From the NCBI GenBank assembly GCA_030390025.1, contig CM059432.1:104286001-104350000 (forward strand): a stretch of DNA of 64,000 nt, read 5' to 3'. Shown here in pieces: positions 35,902 to 48,949 of this stretch (its first letter is position 1; each line of letters starts with the position of its first letter). Under the pieces are notes generated by a model. The model saw nothing but the letters and a program-made list of their open reading frames with translations, did no database searches and was not told where the DNA came from. The stretch is from Squalus acanthias (Eukaryota). The translations under genes were made by a program, and so were the position numbers.

Positions 35902-36631
35902 CTGTTTCTCTCTCCACGGATGCTGCCTGGCCTGCTGAGTTTTGCCAGCGTTTTCTGTTTTTTAAAAAGGAAAATGGTTCTCCTGGGTGGTCAGCTCCCG
36001 AGGGAGCTCCTTACTGTGCACCTCTATCATTGACCATCCGCTGCCATCCTTAGCCCTTTCTTTCCCAATCTCCTCTCTTCCACTGTTTAAGTTCTTCTGG
36101 CTCTAAATAGTGGGTGCATTTTATCCCTAACTACAAGTTAGCTGCTAGTTTAAACTGCCTCTACCCATCCCCCGACCATGCCTGCGCTTTGTGTTTGAGC
36201 ACTAGCTCTTTTCTGAAATTTGGCTTCCAAATTCCTGGACTTCTGGACATCAAGATTATGCTTCTGCACTGGACTACACTGTAAGTCTCAGCTGCTGTGT
36301 CTCTGATTTGCTGCCCAGTTGCTTAAATTTCAAAGTAACTTTGATCAGCTTACCTTCCCCCACCACTGCTGTGACTGGCCTAATGGTTTTACTGGTTTTT
36401 CAGCTTCAGCTACAATCTTGTTCCTGATTCATTTACATGAGGTTGTATTGTAGATTTTGCCAAATTCAGTGAATACCTATCTATATTTGATAATGATTGA
36501 GATCAAATTAAACTTTACGTTCACTCTAATTCTACAACCTATGTTTGATAGTAGTTAATCTGGGCAATTTGCAGCAATAAGAAGCAAAACAAATCAAATA
36601 GGTCCCGCGCGCCCCCCCCCCCCCCCCCCCC

Positions 36632-37452
36632 AAGCCTATCCAATCTTTCCTCATAGCTAAAATTCCACAGCCCAGTCAACATTCTTGTAAATCTCCTCTG
36701 CACCCTCTCTAGTGCAATCACATCCTTCCTGTAATATGGTGACCAGAACTGCACGCAGTATTCTAGCTGCGGCCTAACTAGTATTTTATTCAGTTCTAGC
36801 ATTCAAGTACAAATCATTGATATATACCACAAAAAGCAAAGGACCCAGTACTGAGCCCTGTGGAACCCCACTGGAAACAGCCTTCCAGTCACAAAATCAC
36901 CCTTCAACCATTGCCCTTTGTTTCCTGCCTCTAAGCCAATTTTGGATCCAACTTGCCACTTTGCCTTGGATCCCATGGGCTTTTACTTTCATGACCAGTC
37001 TGCCATGCGGGACCTTATCAAAAGCCTTGCTAAAATCCATATCGACTACATCAAATGCAGTACCCTCATCGACCCTCCTTGTTACCTCCTCAAAAAATTC
37101 AATCAAGTTAGTCAGACACGACCTTCCCTTAACAAATCCATGCTGACTGTCCTTGATTAATCTGTGTTTTTCTAAATGAAGATTTATCCTGTCCCTCAGA
37201 ATTTTTTCCAATACTTTTCCCACCACTGAGGTTTGGCTGACTGGCCTGTAATTACTGTTGTGGATGTGGATGCTGAGTCTTTGAGTATATTCAAGGCTGA
37301 GATCGATAGATTTTTGGACTCTAGGTAGAATCAAGGATACGGGGATTGGGTGGGAAAGTGGAGTTGAGGTCGAAGATCAGCCATGATCTTACTGAATGGC
37401 GGAGCAGGCTCGAGGAGCCATCTCGCCTGCTCCTAATTTTTATGTTTCTTAT
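36632..37452. mobile_element. CR1 fragments: - strand 36632-37256 (internally deleted) joined to + strand CR1 3' tail 37257-37452
   Basis: ORFs 36539-36802 and 36897-37334 (NYRPVS, SQHGF, DFSKAFDKVPH); opposite-strand tail ...gctcctaatttttatgtttcttatg. Confidence 0.8.
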
Positions 37453-38472
37453 GAGTGGTTACGCACCGCTAGGTTAGATTACTGATTGCTTTTTCTTTTC
37501 TTTGGACAATTTTCTCTGGCAGTATTCTTTGTTTTCCATAGTTCCTGAGGCACCTTGTGCCTGCTGTAGCCATTATTTGTGTGTGAGCCTTGACTGTGAT
37601 AGTCTGCAGGCTGTTTACTGCAGGTTATTGCAGCTAAGTCCTGTTCCATACCCACACACACAAATTACTGGATAACTATCGAAAGCGTGGTCTGTGGCTG
37701 ATTTTCCACACCCTAGCCCAGGGGTGCTGAGGCAAGTTGTAGTGCCCATACTGCGTCCCTGACTGGACTGAGAGCAGCTAACTTACCACAGACTAAAGAT
37801 TGTACCAGGAACCTTCCTGGTCTGCGTAGCTCACCTATTCATTGGATGCATTCACTGAGCCATTAGAGCACAAAATGTGCTTTTAAAAAAATATATTTTT
37901 TATTATTCTAGAAATAGGAATTTTGTTTTAACTTTAACAGTTTTGACAAAATACAAGGTAGTGTTTAGAATATCTTCGTAAAATATTTTAACAAAGCTTC
38001 TTTCAGTCAATGATACTTGGACAGGAAATCAAAATACAAAAAAAGTTTTGAACGTTAGGAACATAAAAACAAATAAAAGATCTGCTTGATTTTAATATTT
38101 TCTTATTTCAATCCGAGAGAACTGAAATCCACAAAGCGTTCAGAGAGGCTTTGTATTTTTCTTTTGATAGTTTCTTTTTTTCTGTGCCACATGAAGCCTT
38201 CACTAAGGTTTTCCCACCATGTTTACAGTAATGAGCAAATTCAGACTTCATGTCTTAATGTTGCTCCACTTTTGGAGATTAGAATTGTACACCTTTGGCA
38301 CATCTGAAGCTTGGTAAATGTACGGGTGATATTTTCAATGTAATAGCAGGACTTTTATAAGGTATTTGGGGGTAGTTGTAACTTTTCAAGCAGCATCTGG
38401 TGGGATAAATACTGCAGCAGTAAAAGTTCCTGATTTTTATTTTATTCATCAATTTTTTTTTTAATTCCCTAG

Positions 38473-38612
38473 ATAGTAGACAAGAACTGGAGAAATTTTT
38501 GAAACTGAAAAAATGCAAAGTGCCAAAAATAATTGAAAGTTTCATTGAAGTGTCTGAATCAGAAGATGGTGACAGCACTGAAGATGAACCACATCAATTC
38601 AACAATATCCAG
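38473..38612 (+). CDS. BEND5: BEND5-like protein, coding exon 2
   Basis: Acceptor ttttaattccctAG, donor CAG|GTATT; phase 1 in and 0 out; DSRQELEKFLKLKKCKVPKIIESFIEVSESEDGDSTEDEPHQFNNIQ resembles recalled BEND5 EDKSDLENSVMQKKIKIPK...LRHIK. Confidence 0.85.
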
Positions 38613-38894
38613 GTATTAAATTAAATAATGTTTGAGAATCTGTTACCTTTTTTAAATTGGAAAAAATATTCTTTTTCTCTTCCTATTACCTTCCCTTTTC
38701 TCCTTCCTTCTGAAGAGGCTGACTAACGCTGGGGTGTAGTCCCACACCTGTTCACATCTCTCCAGAACTTCATCCAACTCACCAGTGTGTCAGCAAGCTG
38801 TTTGATCATGCAACATCATGGCTGAACGTGTTCTCATCTGAATGCTATGAACATACACTTTTTGATAGTGGTCACTAAATAGCATTCAGGAATA

Positions 38895-38931
38895 GGTTCT
38901 GACGAAAGGTCATCGACCTGAAACGTTAACT
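38895..38931 (+). ncRNA. Minimal hammerhead (family B), intact, sense to BEND5-like pre-mRNA, within an 89-bp insertion (38897-38985)
   Basis: GGTT CTGACGA A AGGTC ATC GACCT GAAA CG TT AACT; TSD attcaggaatagg at 38884-38896 and 38986-38998. Confidence 0.8.
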
Positions 38932-39084
38932 CTGTTTCTCTCTCCACAGATGCTGGTTGAGTATTTCCAGCATTTTCTGTTTTTAATTCAGGAATAGGAA
39001 CTCTGTTGATTTTTTTTTTTCCCAAGCCCAAGCTGAGGCCAGTTGTAGCACCTCTATTACCATCCTGATTGACATAGAATGGAA

Positions 39085-40200
39085 TCATAGAATGGTTACG
39101 GCACAGAGGAGTCCATTCGGCCCGCCAAGCCCGTGCCGGCTCTCTGCAAGAGCACTTAAGCTAGTCCCATTCCTCTGCCCTTTCCCTGTAGCCCTGCAAT
39201 TTTTTTTTCTTCAGGTACTTTCCCTTTCAGGCAGTGCATTCAAATCATAACCACTCGCTGCGTAAAAAAAGTTTTTCCTCATGTCGCCTTTGGTTCTTCT
39301 GCCAATCACCTTAAATCTGTGTCCTCTGGTTCGCGACCCTTCTGCCAATGGGAACGGTTTCTCTCGATCTGTCTGGACCCTTCATGATTTTGAACACCTC
39401 TATCAAATCTCCTCTCAACCTTCACTGCTCGCTCTAAGGAGAACAATCCCAGCTTCTCCAGTCTATCCACGTAACTGAAGTCCCTTATTCCTGGAACCAT
39501 TCTTGTAAATCTTTTTTGCACCCTCTCTAAGGCCTTAACATTCTTCCTAATGTGCGGTGCCCAGAATTGGACACAATACTCTAGTTGAGGCCGAACCAGT
39601 GTTTTATAAAGGTTCATCATAACTTCCTTGCTTATGTACTTTATGCCTCTATTTATGAAGCCCAGGATCCCGTATGCTTTTTTAACTGCTTTCTCAACCT
39701 GCCCTACCACTTTCATATACCCCCAGGTCTCTCTGTTCATGCACCCCCTTTAGAATTGTACCCTTTAGATTATATTGCCTCTCCTAGTTCTTCCTACCAA
39801 AATGTATCACTTCGTACTTTTCTGCGTTAATTTCATCTGCCACGTGTCTGCTCATTCCACCAGCCTGTTTATGTCCTCTTGAAGTCTATCACTAGCCTCC
39901 TCACTGTTCACTATACTTCCAAGTTTTGTGTCATCTGCTAATTTTGAAATTGTTCCCTGTACACCCACATCTAAGTCATTAATATATATCAAGAAAAGCA
40001 GTGGTCCTGGAACCGACCCCTGGGGAACACCACTGTATACCTTCCTCCAGTCCAAAAAACAACCGTTCACCACTACTGTTTCCTGTCACTTAGCCAATTT
40101 CGTATCCATTTCATTGTCCCTTTTATTCCATGGGCTTCAACTTTGCTGGCAAGCCTATTATGTGGCACTTTATCAAATACCTTTTGGATATCAATATACT
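39085..40200 (-). mobile_element. CR1 LINE 3' part
   Basis: ORFs 39306-39740 (YKTLVRPQLEYCVQFW) and 39852-40073 ([15 protein letters not shown]). Confidence 0.9.
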
Positions 40201-42132
40201 CCACACAGACTGGAATAGAGCTGAAAACTTTGCAGACAAAACAACAGTGACTACACTTTTTATTTAAAAAAAAAAAGTAGTACAGTCCCCACCACTTACT
40301 TACCTTGGATTGCCGCCTATATCAGGGAAATGGCGCTAACCATTTGCCATTACCATAGGCGTCAGTTTAAAAAAAGCGCAGTAAGCGTGGCAACTATTTT
40401 GGGCAGCTCAAGCAGCTGTTCCCACCTAGTTTAAGTGTGATTGCCTGTCATTAAGTCCTTTCAAGTAGCCCGAAGTGACAAAAGCCTGCTGAAACTCAAG
40501 CTGCATTGACAATACCTGAGGTAGTGGTGAAACTGAGCAGAGTTGTTGATGACCAGACCGCTGCATACTTCAGCCTTGTTCACATGAATGCATCCGCTTT
40601 AAACGGTGGGGACTGTAATTGAGACATCTGGGGCATCTGAAAGACACTGTAAATGCAAGTTTCCTCATTTCCTTCCTCCTGTGAGTTAGTAGCACAAAAG
40701 GTGATGCATTTAGTCATTAAACCATCTGAAGATGTAAAGATTCTTTTGTTAGTATGAGTATTTGATATTTTATTTCAATTTTTAAGGCGATAAACATAAA
40801 GCAATACATTTTTGGCGCACATTTTATAAGAACGCTACTCCTGACACCTTTACCTTGAATTGTAGCTTGATAGGCTTCAGCCATATTAACAGATTTTAAT
40901 ACTCGGAACTTAACCGGGAGCTCATAATGTTCCTTAAAACAGCTATGCTAGTAAAATTTTATAAAAATTCTACGATTTCAAAGAAAATACTCATTTGCAA
41001 AGTCAAAAGCTTTGTGTTCTTGTTACTCCTAGATTTAAATTGCAGGAGTTTTGTAAAAATATGTGAGTTAGCACACTAAGAAGTTTCAATTTCTTCCAAC
41101 TAGTGGTGTGGGATCATACTAAAATTATATTTCCATTAGAACTGTGTGTTACTATGTTTTGAGAAATTGGCTTGAAAGCCAAGGCATCATCAAGCTTGAA
41201 ACAAAAATTAAAATGTATATCTGGAAGCATTTCTGACTCTCGGGCGGGGGGGGGGGAAACAGAGCACGTGATGCCAAGCTTGAGTTTTGAAAGCCTAAGG
41301 GTTGTGGGAGAAAGAAAAGTAAGAAGGTTCACACTTTAGAGAACCTGAGGAAGAATGAATATGGGTCTTGAATTCAAATGCGTAAAATGTAGGAAAGAGA
41401 GAGAACAGGTAGCACTGTATACTTGGAGCTTTGGAAGAAACAATTCAGAAAGCTCAGAGGAGCTCTAAGAATTAAAAAAAAAATGTTCCAGTACTCAAAG
41501 CTCGGTTTATCAACCAGGCAACTTGTTGCCCTAATTCAGGGCCTTTTCGCTTTTCAGGCTGGAATCTTTTGATCAAGGGTCCGTCGTACAAATATATGGA
41601 CACTAAGGAGCGTGGCAGGAGTTTACTGATAAGCGAACTCTAGTTCCAACGCCAGGCAGACTTAGGAGGATTTCTTGTGGAAAAAGTTTTGAAAAGTAAC
41701 CTGAAGATAAGCAAAGCAAGTAAAGAAAATCCCACTGTCTAAAAAAGGACACCAGTTACTTATTTGGCTGTTGAAGTGATTGTAAATGAGTCGAATTTAT
41801 GAGTGAAACATTGCAGTCATCAACAGTTGAATGTACATAGAATTTATAGAACAGAAACAGGCCATTTGGCCCAACCATTTTCGTGACTCTTTGAGTAAAG
41901 AAGATTCTCCTGAATTCCTTATTGGTTTTGTTAGTGACTATCTTATATTTATGGCCCCTAGTTTTGGACTTTCCCCACATGTGGAGCCATCTTCTCTACG
42001 TCTACCTCTGCGTCTTCTCTCAGTTGAACAAATAGGCTCTCTAAATATGGAAATAAAAATGCTTCTTCTTTGACAGTTGCACTTCAAAACGGTAGTCACA
42101 ATTTCTGAATTAAATACTGTAAAACTGAAATA

Positions 42133-42496
42133 CAGGAAACTCTCTTTTAACCGGCACCCAAATAACCGGAAATCTCTCTTAACCGGCAAAATTCTTGAGT
42201 AGGTAACCGGGGTTTTCCTTCATTTCTCCTTTAAAAATAACTTTAAAAAAACCCCCGAGGCGTTTGCCTTGTATCGGAGCATGTAGATTGGGAGGGGAAT
42301 GTGCAGCCCGGGTAGGCAGCGGACACGACAGATGGTCAGCTGGCGGTCCCCAGGGAGACGGAGCTCCGAATGCAGGCGCATGTCAGTGTGTACGGGGCTC
42401 TCGTACGTTGGGAGATATAACTCTCCATTATCCGGACTTTTTGATTAACTGGCACCACGCCGGTCCCGTCGGTGCCGGTTAATAAAGAGTTTCCTG
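42133..42496. mobile_element. Tc1/mariner (Tigger/pogo-like) MITE
   Basis: TIR caggaaactctcttttaaccggcacc / ggtgccggttaataaagagtttcctg; TA at 42131-32 and 42497-98. Confidence 0.85.
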
Positions 42497-42531
42497 TACT
42501 CCACCTTCTGCTAAACAAATATACTCTCCAA

Positions 42532-42674
42532 CAATGTTCCCTTTAATCTTTTGGGGGTGCGTGGCCCCTTTAAAATATCTTGTATGTGCGGTTTTTCCCA
42601 TTTTAAAAGCCGGTGAGCCGGCTGCACGGGAACTGCAGAACGCTGTGCGGCCACACAACTTAAAGAGAACATTG
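42532..42674. mobile_element. hAT-superfamily MITE, 143 bp
   Basis: TIR caatgttccctttaa / ttaaagagaacattg; 8-bp TSD ctctccaa at 42524-31 and 42675-82. Confidence 0.9.
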
Positions 42675-42950
42675 CTCTCCAAATATTTTAAAAGTACTAG
42701 TCGATCTCTTGTGACATTGTAAATTGGAAGTCAAGATGATAACAACAACTTGCATTTATATAGCGCCTTTAACGTCGACCAAGTGTGGTCTTCAAATGAA
42801 GCAAGGTTAGAGGGCAGGGATTAATTGGACAATGGTGCACAGATGTAATTTAATCCCCATTTTAAAGTCATACATTCTGTCCTTATTTTTATGTAACACT
42901 TTGATGCAAGTTTCAATCGTGGCTAAGTGTTGGTACTCTCCCCTCTGAGT

Positions 42951-45900
42951 CATAAGAACTAGGAGCAGAAGTAAGCCACATGGTCCCTCGAGCCTGCTCC
43001 GCCATTCAATAAGATCATGGCTGATCATCGACCTCAATTCCATTTTCCCGCTCGATCTCCATATCACTTAATTTCCCCTAGAGTCCAAAAATCTATCTAT
43101 CTCAGCCTTGAATATACTCAAAGACTCAGCATCTACAGCCCTCTGGGGCAGAGAATTCCAAAGATTCACAAACCTCTGAGTGAAGAAATTCCTCCTCATC
43201 TAGGTCTTAAATGGCCTACCCCTTATCCTGAGACTATGCCCCCCTAGTTCCAGACACCCCAGCCAGGGGAAACAACCTCTCAGCATCTACCCTGTCAATC
43301 CCCTTCAGAATCTTGTATGTTTTGATGAGATCACCTCTCATTCTTCTAAACTCCAGGAATCAATCTAGTGAACCTTCGATGCACCGCCTCCAAGGCAAGT
43401 ATATCCTTCCTGAGATAAGGAGACCAAAACTGTGCACAGTACTCCAAGTGTGGTCTCACCAAGGCCCTGTACAATTGCAGCAAGACTTCCTTACTCTGTA
43501 CTCTAACCCCCTTGCAGTAAAGGCCAACATGCCATTTGCTTTCCTAATTGCTTGCTGTACCTGCATGCTAGCTTTCTGTGTTTCTTGCACGAGACACCCA
43601 AATCTCTCTGAACATCAACGTTTAAAAGTTTTTCACCATTTTAAAAAATATTCTGTTTTTCTATTCTTCGTACCAAAGTGAATAATGTCACATTTCCCTA
43701 CATTATACTCCATCTGCCACCTTACTGCCCACTTAGTCTATCTATATCCCTTTGCAGACTCTGTGTTCTCCTCACAGCTTACTGTCCCACCCAGCTTTGT
43801 ATCGTCAGCAAACTTGGATACATTACACTCGGTCCCTTCATCTAGGTCATTAATATAGATTGTAAATAGCTGAGGCCCCAGCACTGATCCTTGTGGCACT
43901 GCACTAGTTACAGCCTGCCAACCTGAAAAAGACCAGTTTATCCCTACTCTCTGTTTTCTGTTCGTTAACCAATCCTCTAATCATGCTACTATATTACCCC
44001 CAACCCCATGAGCCCGTATCTTGTTTAATAACCTTTTATGTGGCACCTTATCGAATGCCTTTTGGAAATCCAAATATACTACAGTACATCCATTGGTTCC
44101 CCATTATCTACCCTGCTAGTTACATCCTCGCAAAACTCTAATAAATTTGTCAAACACGAGTTCCCTTTCATAAAACCATGTTGACTCTGCCTAATCATGT
44201 TATGATTTTCTAAATGCCCTGATACCACTTCCTTAACGATGGATTCCAGCATTTTCCCGACGACTGATGTGAGGCTAACTGGCCTGTAGTTCCCTGTTTT
44301 CTCTCTCCCTCCTTTTTGGAATAGCGGTGTTACATTTGCTACCTTCCAATCCGCTGGGACCGTTCTAGAATCTAGGGAAATTGAAGCTCAAAACCAATGC
44401 ATCCACTATCTCTGCAGCCACTTCTTTTAGAACCCTAGGATGTAGGCCGTCAGGTCCAGGGGATTTGTTGGCTTTTAGTCCCATTGGTTTCTCTAGTACT
44501 TTTTCTCTACTTATATTAATTACATTAAGTTCCTCACCCTCATTAGACCCTTGGTTCCCCACCATTTTTGGTATGCTTTTTGTGTCTTCTACTGTGAAGA
44601 CAGATATAAAATATTTGTTTAACGTTTCTGCCATTTCCTTATTCCCATAATAATTTCTCCTGTCTCAGCCTCTAAGGGACCAATGTTTACTTTTGCTACT
44701 CTGTTTTTACATACTTGTAGAAGCTCTTACAATCATCTGTTTTTATATTTCTTGCTAGTTTTCTATTCGTATTCTATTTTTTCCCCTTTTAATCAATTTT
44801 TTGGCCATCCTTTGCTGGTTTCTGAAACTCTCCCAATCCTCAGGCTTACTACTATTCTTCGCAACATTATAAGCTTCTTTGAATCTAATGCTATCCTTAA
44901 CTTCTTTAGTTAGCCACGGATGGATCACTTTTCCCTGGAGTTTTTGTTTCTCAATGGAATGTATTTTTGTTGAGAATTATGAAATATTTCTTTAAATGTT
45001 AGCCACTGCTTATTTACCGCCATACCTTTTAATCTATTTTTCTAATCTACCTTAGCCAACTTGCCCTTCATACCTATGTAATTGGCTTTATTTAAGTTTA
45101 AGACTCTGGCTTCGGACTTAGGCAAGTCACTCTCAGAATTTCACATTAAGTTTATCATATTATGATCTCTGCCCCAGAGGATCCTTTACTGTGAGATTGC
45201 TAATTAACCCTATCTCATTACACAATACAAGATCTAAAATAGCCTGTTCCCTTGTTGGTTCCATGATGTATTGTTCCAGGAAACTGTCCCGAATGCATTC
45301 CATGAACTCTTTCTCCAGACTACCTTTACCAATTTGATTTGTCCAGTCTAATATGAAGATTCAAGTCCCCCATGATTATTGCATTACCTTTGTTACAAGC
45401 TCCTACTATTTCTTGATTAATAGTCTGTCCAACAGTATAGCTACTCTTAGGGAGCCTATATACTACTCCCACCAGTGTTTTCTGCCCCTTGTTATTCCTT
45501 ATCTCAACCCATACTGATTCTACTTCCTGATCTTCTGAGCCGAGATCCTTTCTCTCTATTGTCCTTATGTCACCGTTTATTATCAGGGCTAAGCTCTCCC
45601 TCCTTTTCCATTCTCCCTGTCTTTTCGAAACGTCAAGTACCCTGGAACGTTTAGTTCCCAACCTTGGTCAACTTGCAACCACGTCTCTAATGGCTATTTG
45701 ATCAAATCCATTTATCTCTATTTGTGCCATTAGTTCGTCTATCTTGTTACGAATGCTTTCAGCATTATTCACTGCTTTGACCTTATTCTCTGCTGCACTG
45801 CTACCATTAAACTCTCTGTCCCTTCCTGTCACACTCTGCTTATTTTTAATCGAATCGCTACACTGCTCTATTGCCTTGACCTTTCTCTTTAGATTTCTAA

Positions 45901-46905
45901 ATTTCCCCTCACCTGAACCCCCTTTTTTTTAGTTTAAAGCCCTATCTACAGCCCTAGTTATTTGATGCGCCAGGACACTGGTCCCAGCCTAGTTTAAGTG
46001 GATCCCGACTGAACAGCTCTCTTTCCCCAGTACTGGTGCCAGTACCCCATGAATTGAAACCCCTTCTTTCCACACCACTCTTTGAGCCATGCATTTAACT
46101 CTCTCATCTGCTTGACCCTATGCCAATTTGCACATGGCTCAATCAGAGATTATTACCTTTGAGGTTCTGCTTATTAATTTAGACCCTAGCTCCTCAAACT
46201 CCCTCAGCAGAACCTCATTCTTAGTTCTACCTATGTCGTTGGTTCCTACATGGACCACAACAACTGGATCCTCTCCTCCTCTCCCCCGCCACTCCAAGTT
46301 CTTCTCCAGCTGCGAGGAGATATCCTTACCCTGACACCGGGCAGGCAACACAGCCTTCCAGATTCTCTTTCGCAGCTGCAGAGAATAGTATCTATCCCCC
46401 TGACGATACTGTCCCCTACCACTACCACATTCCTTCCTTCTCCCTCCCCACTTGGATACCCCCTGTACCATGGTGCTGTGGTCAGTTTGCCCATCCTCCC
46501 TCCAGTCCTTTTCCTCACCCATACAAGTAGCAAGTACCTTGTACCTGTTGGACAAGGTCAAGGGTTGAGGCTCCTCCATCACTACATCCTGGGTCGTCAT
46601 ACCTGCCTGACTCGCAGTCACACCCTCCTGTCCTTGACCACTGACTAACTCTAAAGTACTACTTAACCTAAAGAGTGTGACTGCCTCCTGGAACAAAGTG
46701 TCCAGGTATCTCTTTCTCTTCCGCCCCCCCTCACCTCCCTGATGCATCGCAATGTCTGCAGCTCGTACTCCAGCTCAACAACTGAGTTGAAGTTCCTCGA
46801 GTTGCAGATACTTATTGCAGATGTGGTTGCTCGGAATCTCGCTGCTCTCCACAAACTCCCACATGCTGCAGTTATGACACACCACCTGCCTTGCCATCTC
46901 TAATC
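42951..46905 (-). mobile_element. Near full-length decayed CR1 LINE (ORF1 zinc finger + SGNH esterase, ORF2 EN/RT)
   Basis: ORF1 start MARQVVCHNCSMWEF (ATG ~46897), GDSIVRG and VVVHVGTNDIG; ORF2 pieces 45326-45661 and 44365-44634 (KSPGPDGLHPRVLKE); tail at 42951. Confidence 0.9.
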
Positions 46906-46914
46906 TTGTTTCAA

Positions 46915-47310
46915 ACGGTGGGTTCAAGCTCCACTCCAGAGACTTGAACCATAATCTAGAGCACATAATCTAGGCTGATACTTCACTGCAATACTGAGGG
47001 AGTGCAGCACTGCCAGAGCTCTTTCTAATGGCATGTTAAATCGAGGCCCCTCTGCCTTCTCGGGTGTATGTAAAATATCCCATGGTACTATTCGAAGAAG
47101 AGCAGCGAAGTTCCTCTGGTGTCCATGCCAACACCACTAAGAATAGATTATTTAGTCATTTTTCTCATTGCTGTTTGTGGGACTTGCTGTGCGCCCATTG
47201 GCTGCCACATTTGCCTACATTACAAGTGACTGCACTTCAAAAAAAAAAGTACTCCATTGGCTTTGGGGAGTCCTAAGGTCGTGAAAGGTGACATTTAATG
47301 CAAGTTCTGT
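46915..47310 (+). mobile_element. SacSINE1-like DeuSINE
   Basis: gggttcaagctccactccagagacttga...atactgagggagtgcagcactg...tttgtgggacttgctgtgcgc...gtcgtgaaaggtg. Confidence 0.7.
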
Positions 47311-48538
47311 TTTTAATCAATATTTATAGTTAAATAGGAAAACCTGGGGCAATTTGGGAAGCAGAAAAAATTGGTTGGAGCGGAGGAGTTCTCTAACTAA
47401 GGTGCTACACGGTTGGCACTGGCAGGAAGCTGTAATTACAGCATGACAAGTTTACATTGTAAATGCAGTTATCATTGTAAATGTGGACATAGGAACTTTC
47501 TAATGGGGAAGGTTGAAAAATGTGATACAAGGGACTAAGGTTTTGTAGATGGGAAGTTCATTCAGATGTAAGATTTTTAATGGATTATTTTGTTTTACAG
47601 AATTGCACTCAGAACTGCAAGAAGAATTTAAGAAATAGTCACACTTGCAAATTAATGATTAATATGCCATATGACAAATTAGCCGTGCTAATTTTTTTTC
47701 TTCCCCTATACTGTCTTAAGTTCAAACTTGCATGAAATGAGTGGGCAATGAATGGAACAGGTGTTTGAACATATTCTGTATTTGGCTTTCATGGGCTGCT
47801 AAGAGGAAAAACTTAGCACATGAAAGCTAAATATAGTAGAATGTCTCTAATCCAATCTCTCATCTGCACAGTTTGGTAATTTGAAGGGGGAATGTTAGCT
47901 TTGAACATTTAAGAAATTTAGCAAGCTGCAAGGGCTCTGTAGTAGAGACTTTCACTGCATCAGTCTGGGCTGGATTGGAACCCAGAGCTGAAAGAACAGT
48001 GTTTAACCATTGCATCACCCAGTCATTAGCAAAACATCAGTTTTACATAAGTCTACAAGAAGCATCAGTGTTCTGTGTAGTTCATTTTAGTGGTGGCGAG
48101 GCATTGAGAAGTGTAGATCTACATGAGACTGGTATGCTAACAGACCGCCTGATATAATATACCCTATACGGGGATGGGGGGGGGGGAAATGCTTCGTACC
48201 ATATGTTACAAAATTGTCTTCATGCAATTTAAGAAGAAAGAGCCTGCATTTATATAGTGTCTCATGTCTCAAGGTGCCTTACAACCAATGGATTAAATTT
48301 GAAGTACAGTCACTGTCCTGCAGGCAAACGCAGTTAGTTTGCACAGTGCAATGTCCCATGAATGAGCAGATAATCTGCTTTTGGTAATGTTTGTTGAGCA
48401 AGGATTGTTGACCAGGGCACTAGGAGAACTCTCATCTCTTCAAATAGGGTCATGGAATCTATATGCAAATCTTTCAGGTTGTGTACTGACAAAACAATAG
48501 CCAAATTAATAATAATGGGCACATAATGTAAATTTAGG

Positions 48539-48672
48539 ATAAAAACAGAAAATGCTGGAAATACTCAGCAGGTCAGGCAGTATCTGTGGAGAGAGAAACA
48601 GAGTTAACGTTTCAAGTTAATTTTCTGTTTTTATTTCAGATTTCCAGCGTCTGCAGTATTTTGCTTTTGTAT
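48539..48672. mobile_element. PLE family B 3' ends joined in inverted orientation
   Basis: ataaaaacagaaaatgctgg...gagttaacgtttca (- strand tail, hammerhead truncated), then attttctgtttttatttcagatttccagc (+ strand tail). Confidence 0.75.
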
Positions 48673-48949
48673 TTTAGAGTCAAATTAATAAGTATGCTAA
48701 TAAGTTCCCATTTGCTCTCTTTACAGAGTTAGGTGGAACACAGAACAACAATGTATACTATAAAACTGGAAAACCTGCAAATTATGTAAGCGATATTAGT
48801 GGAAGGGTATCGGGTGAATTTTTTTTCTCCTTATCTTAACGTGCACATCCTAGATTTAAGTTGGAGTTTACTATTCACATGTAAGGTTTCTAAGATGGCT
48901 TGTTAGCTTGCCTCTGAACCATTTTACATAACCTACACCAAAATATATT

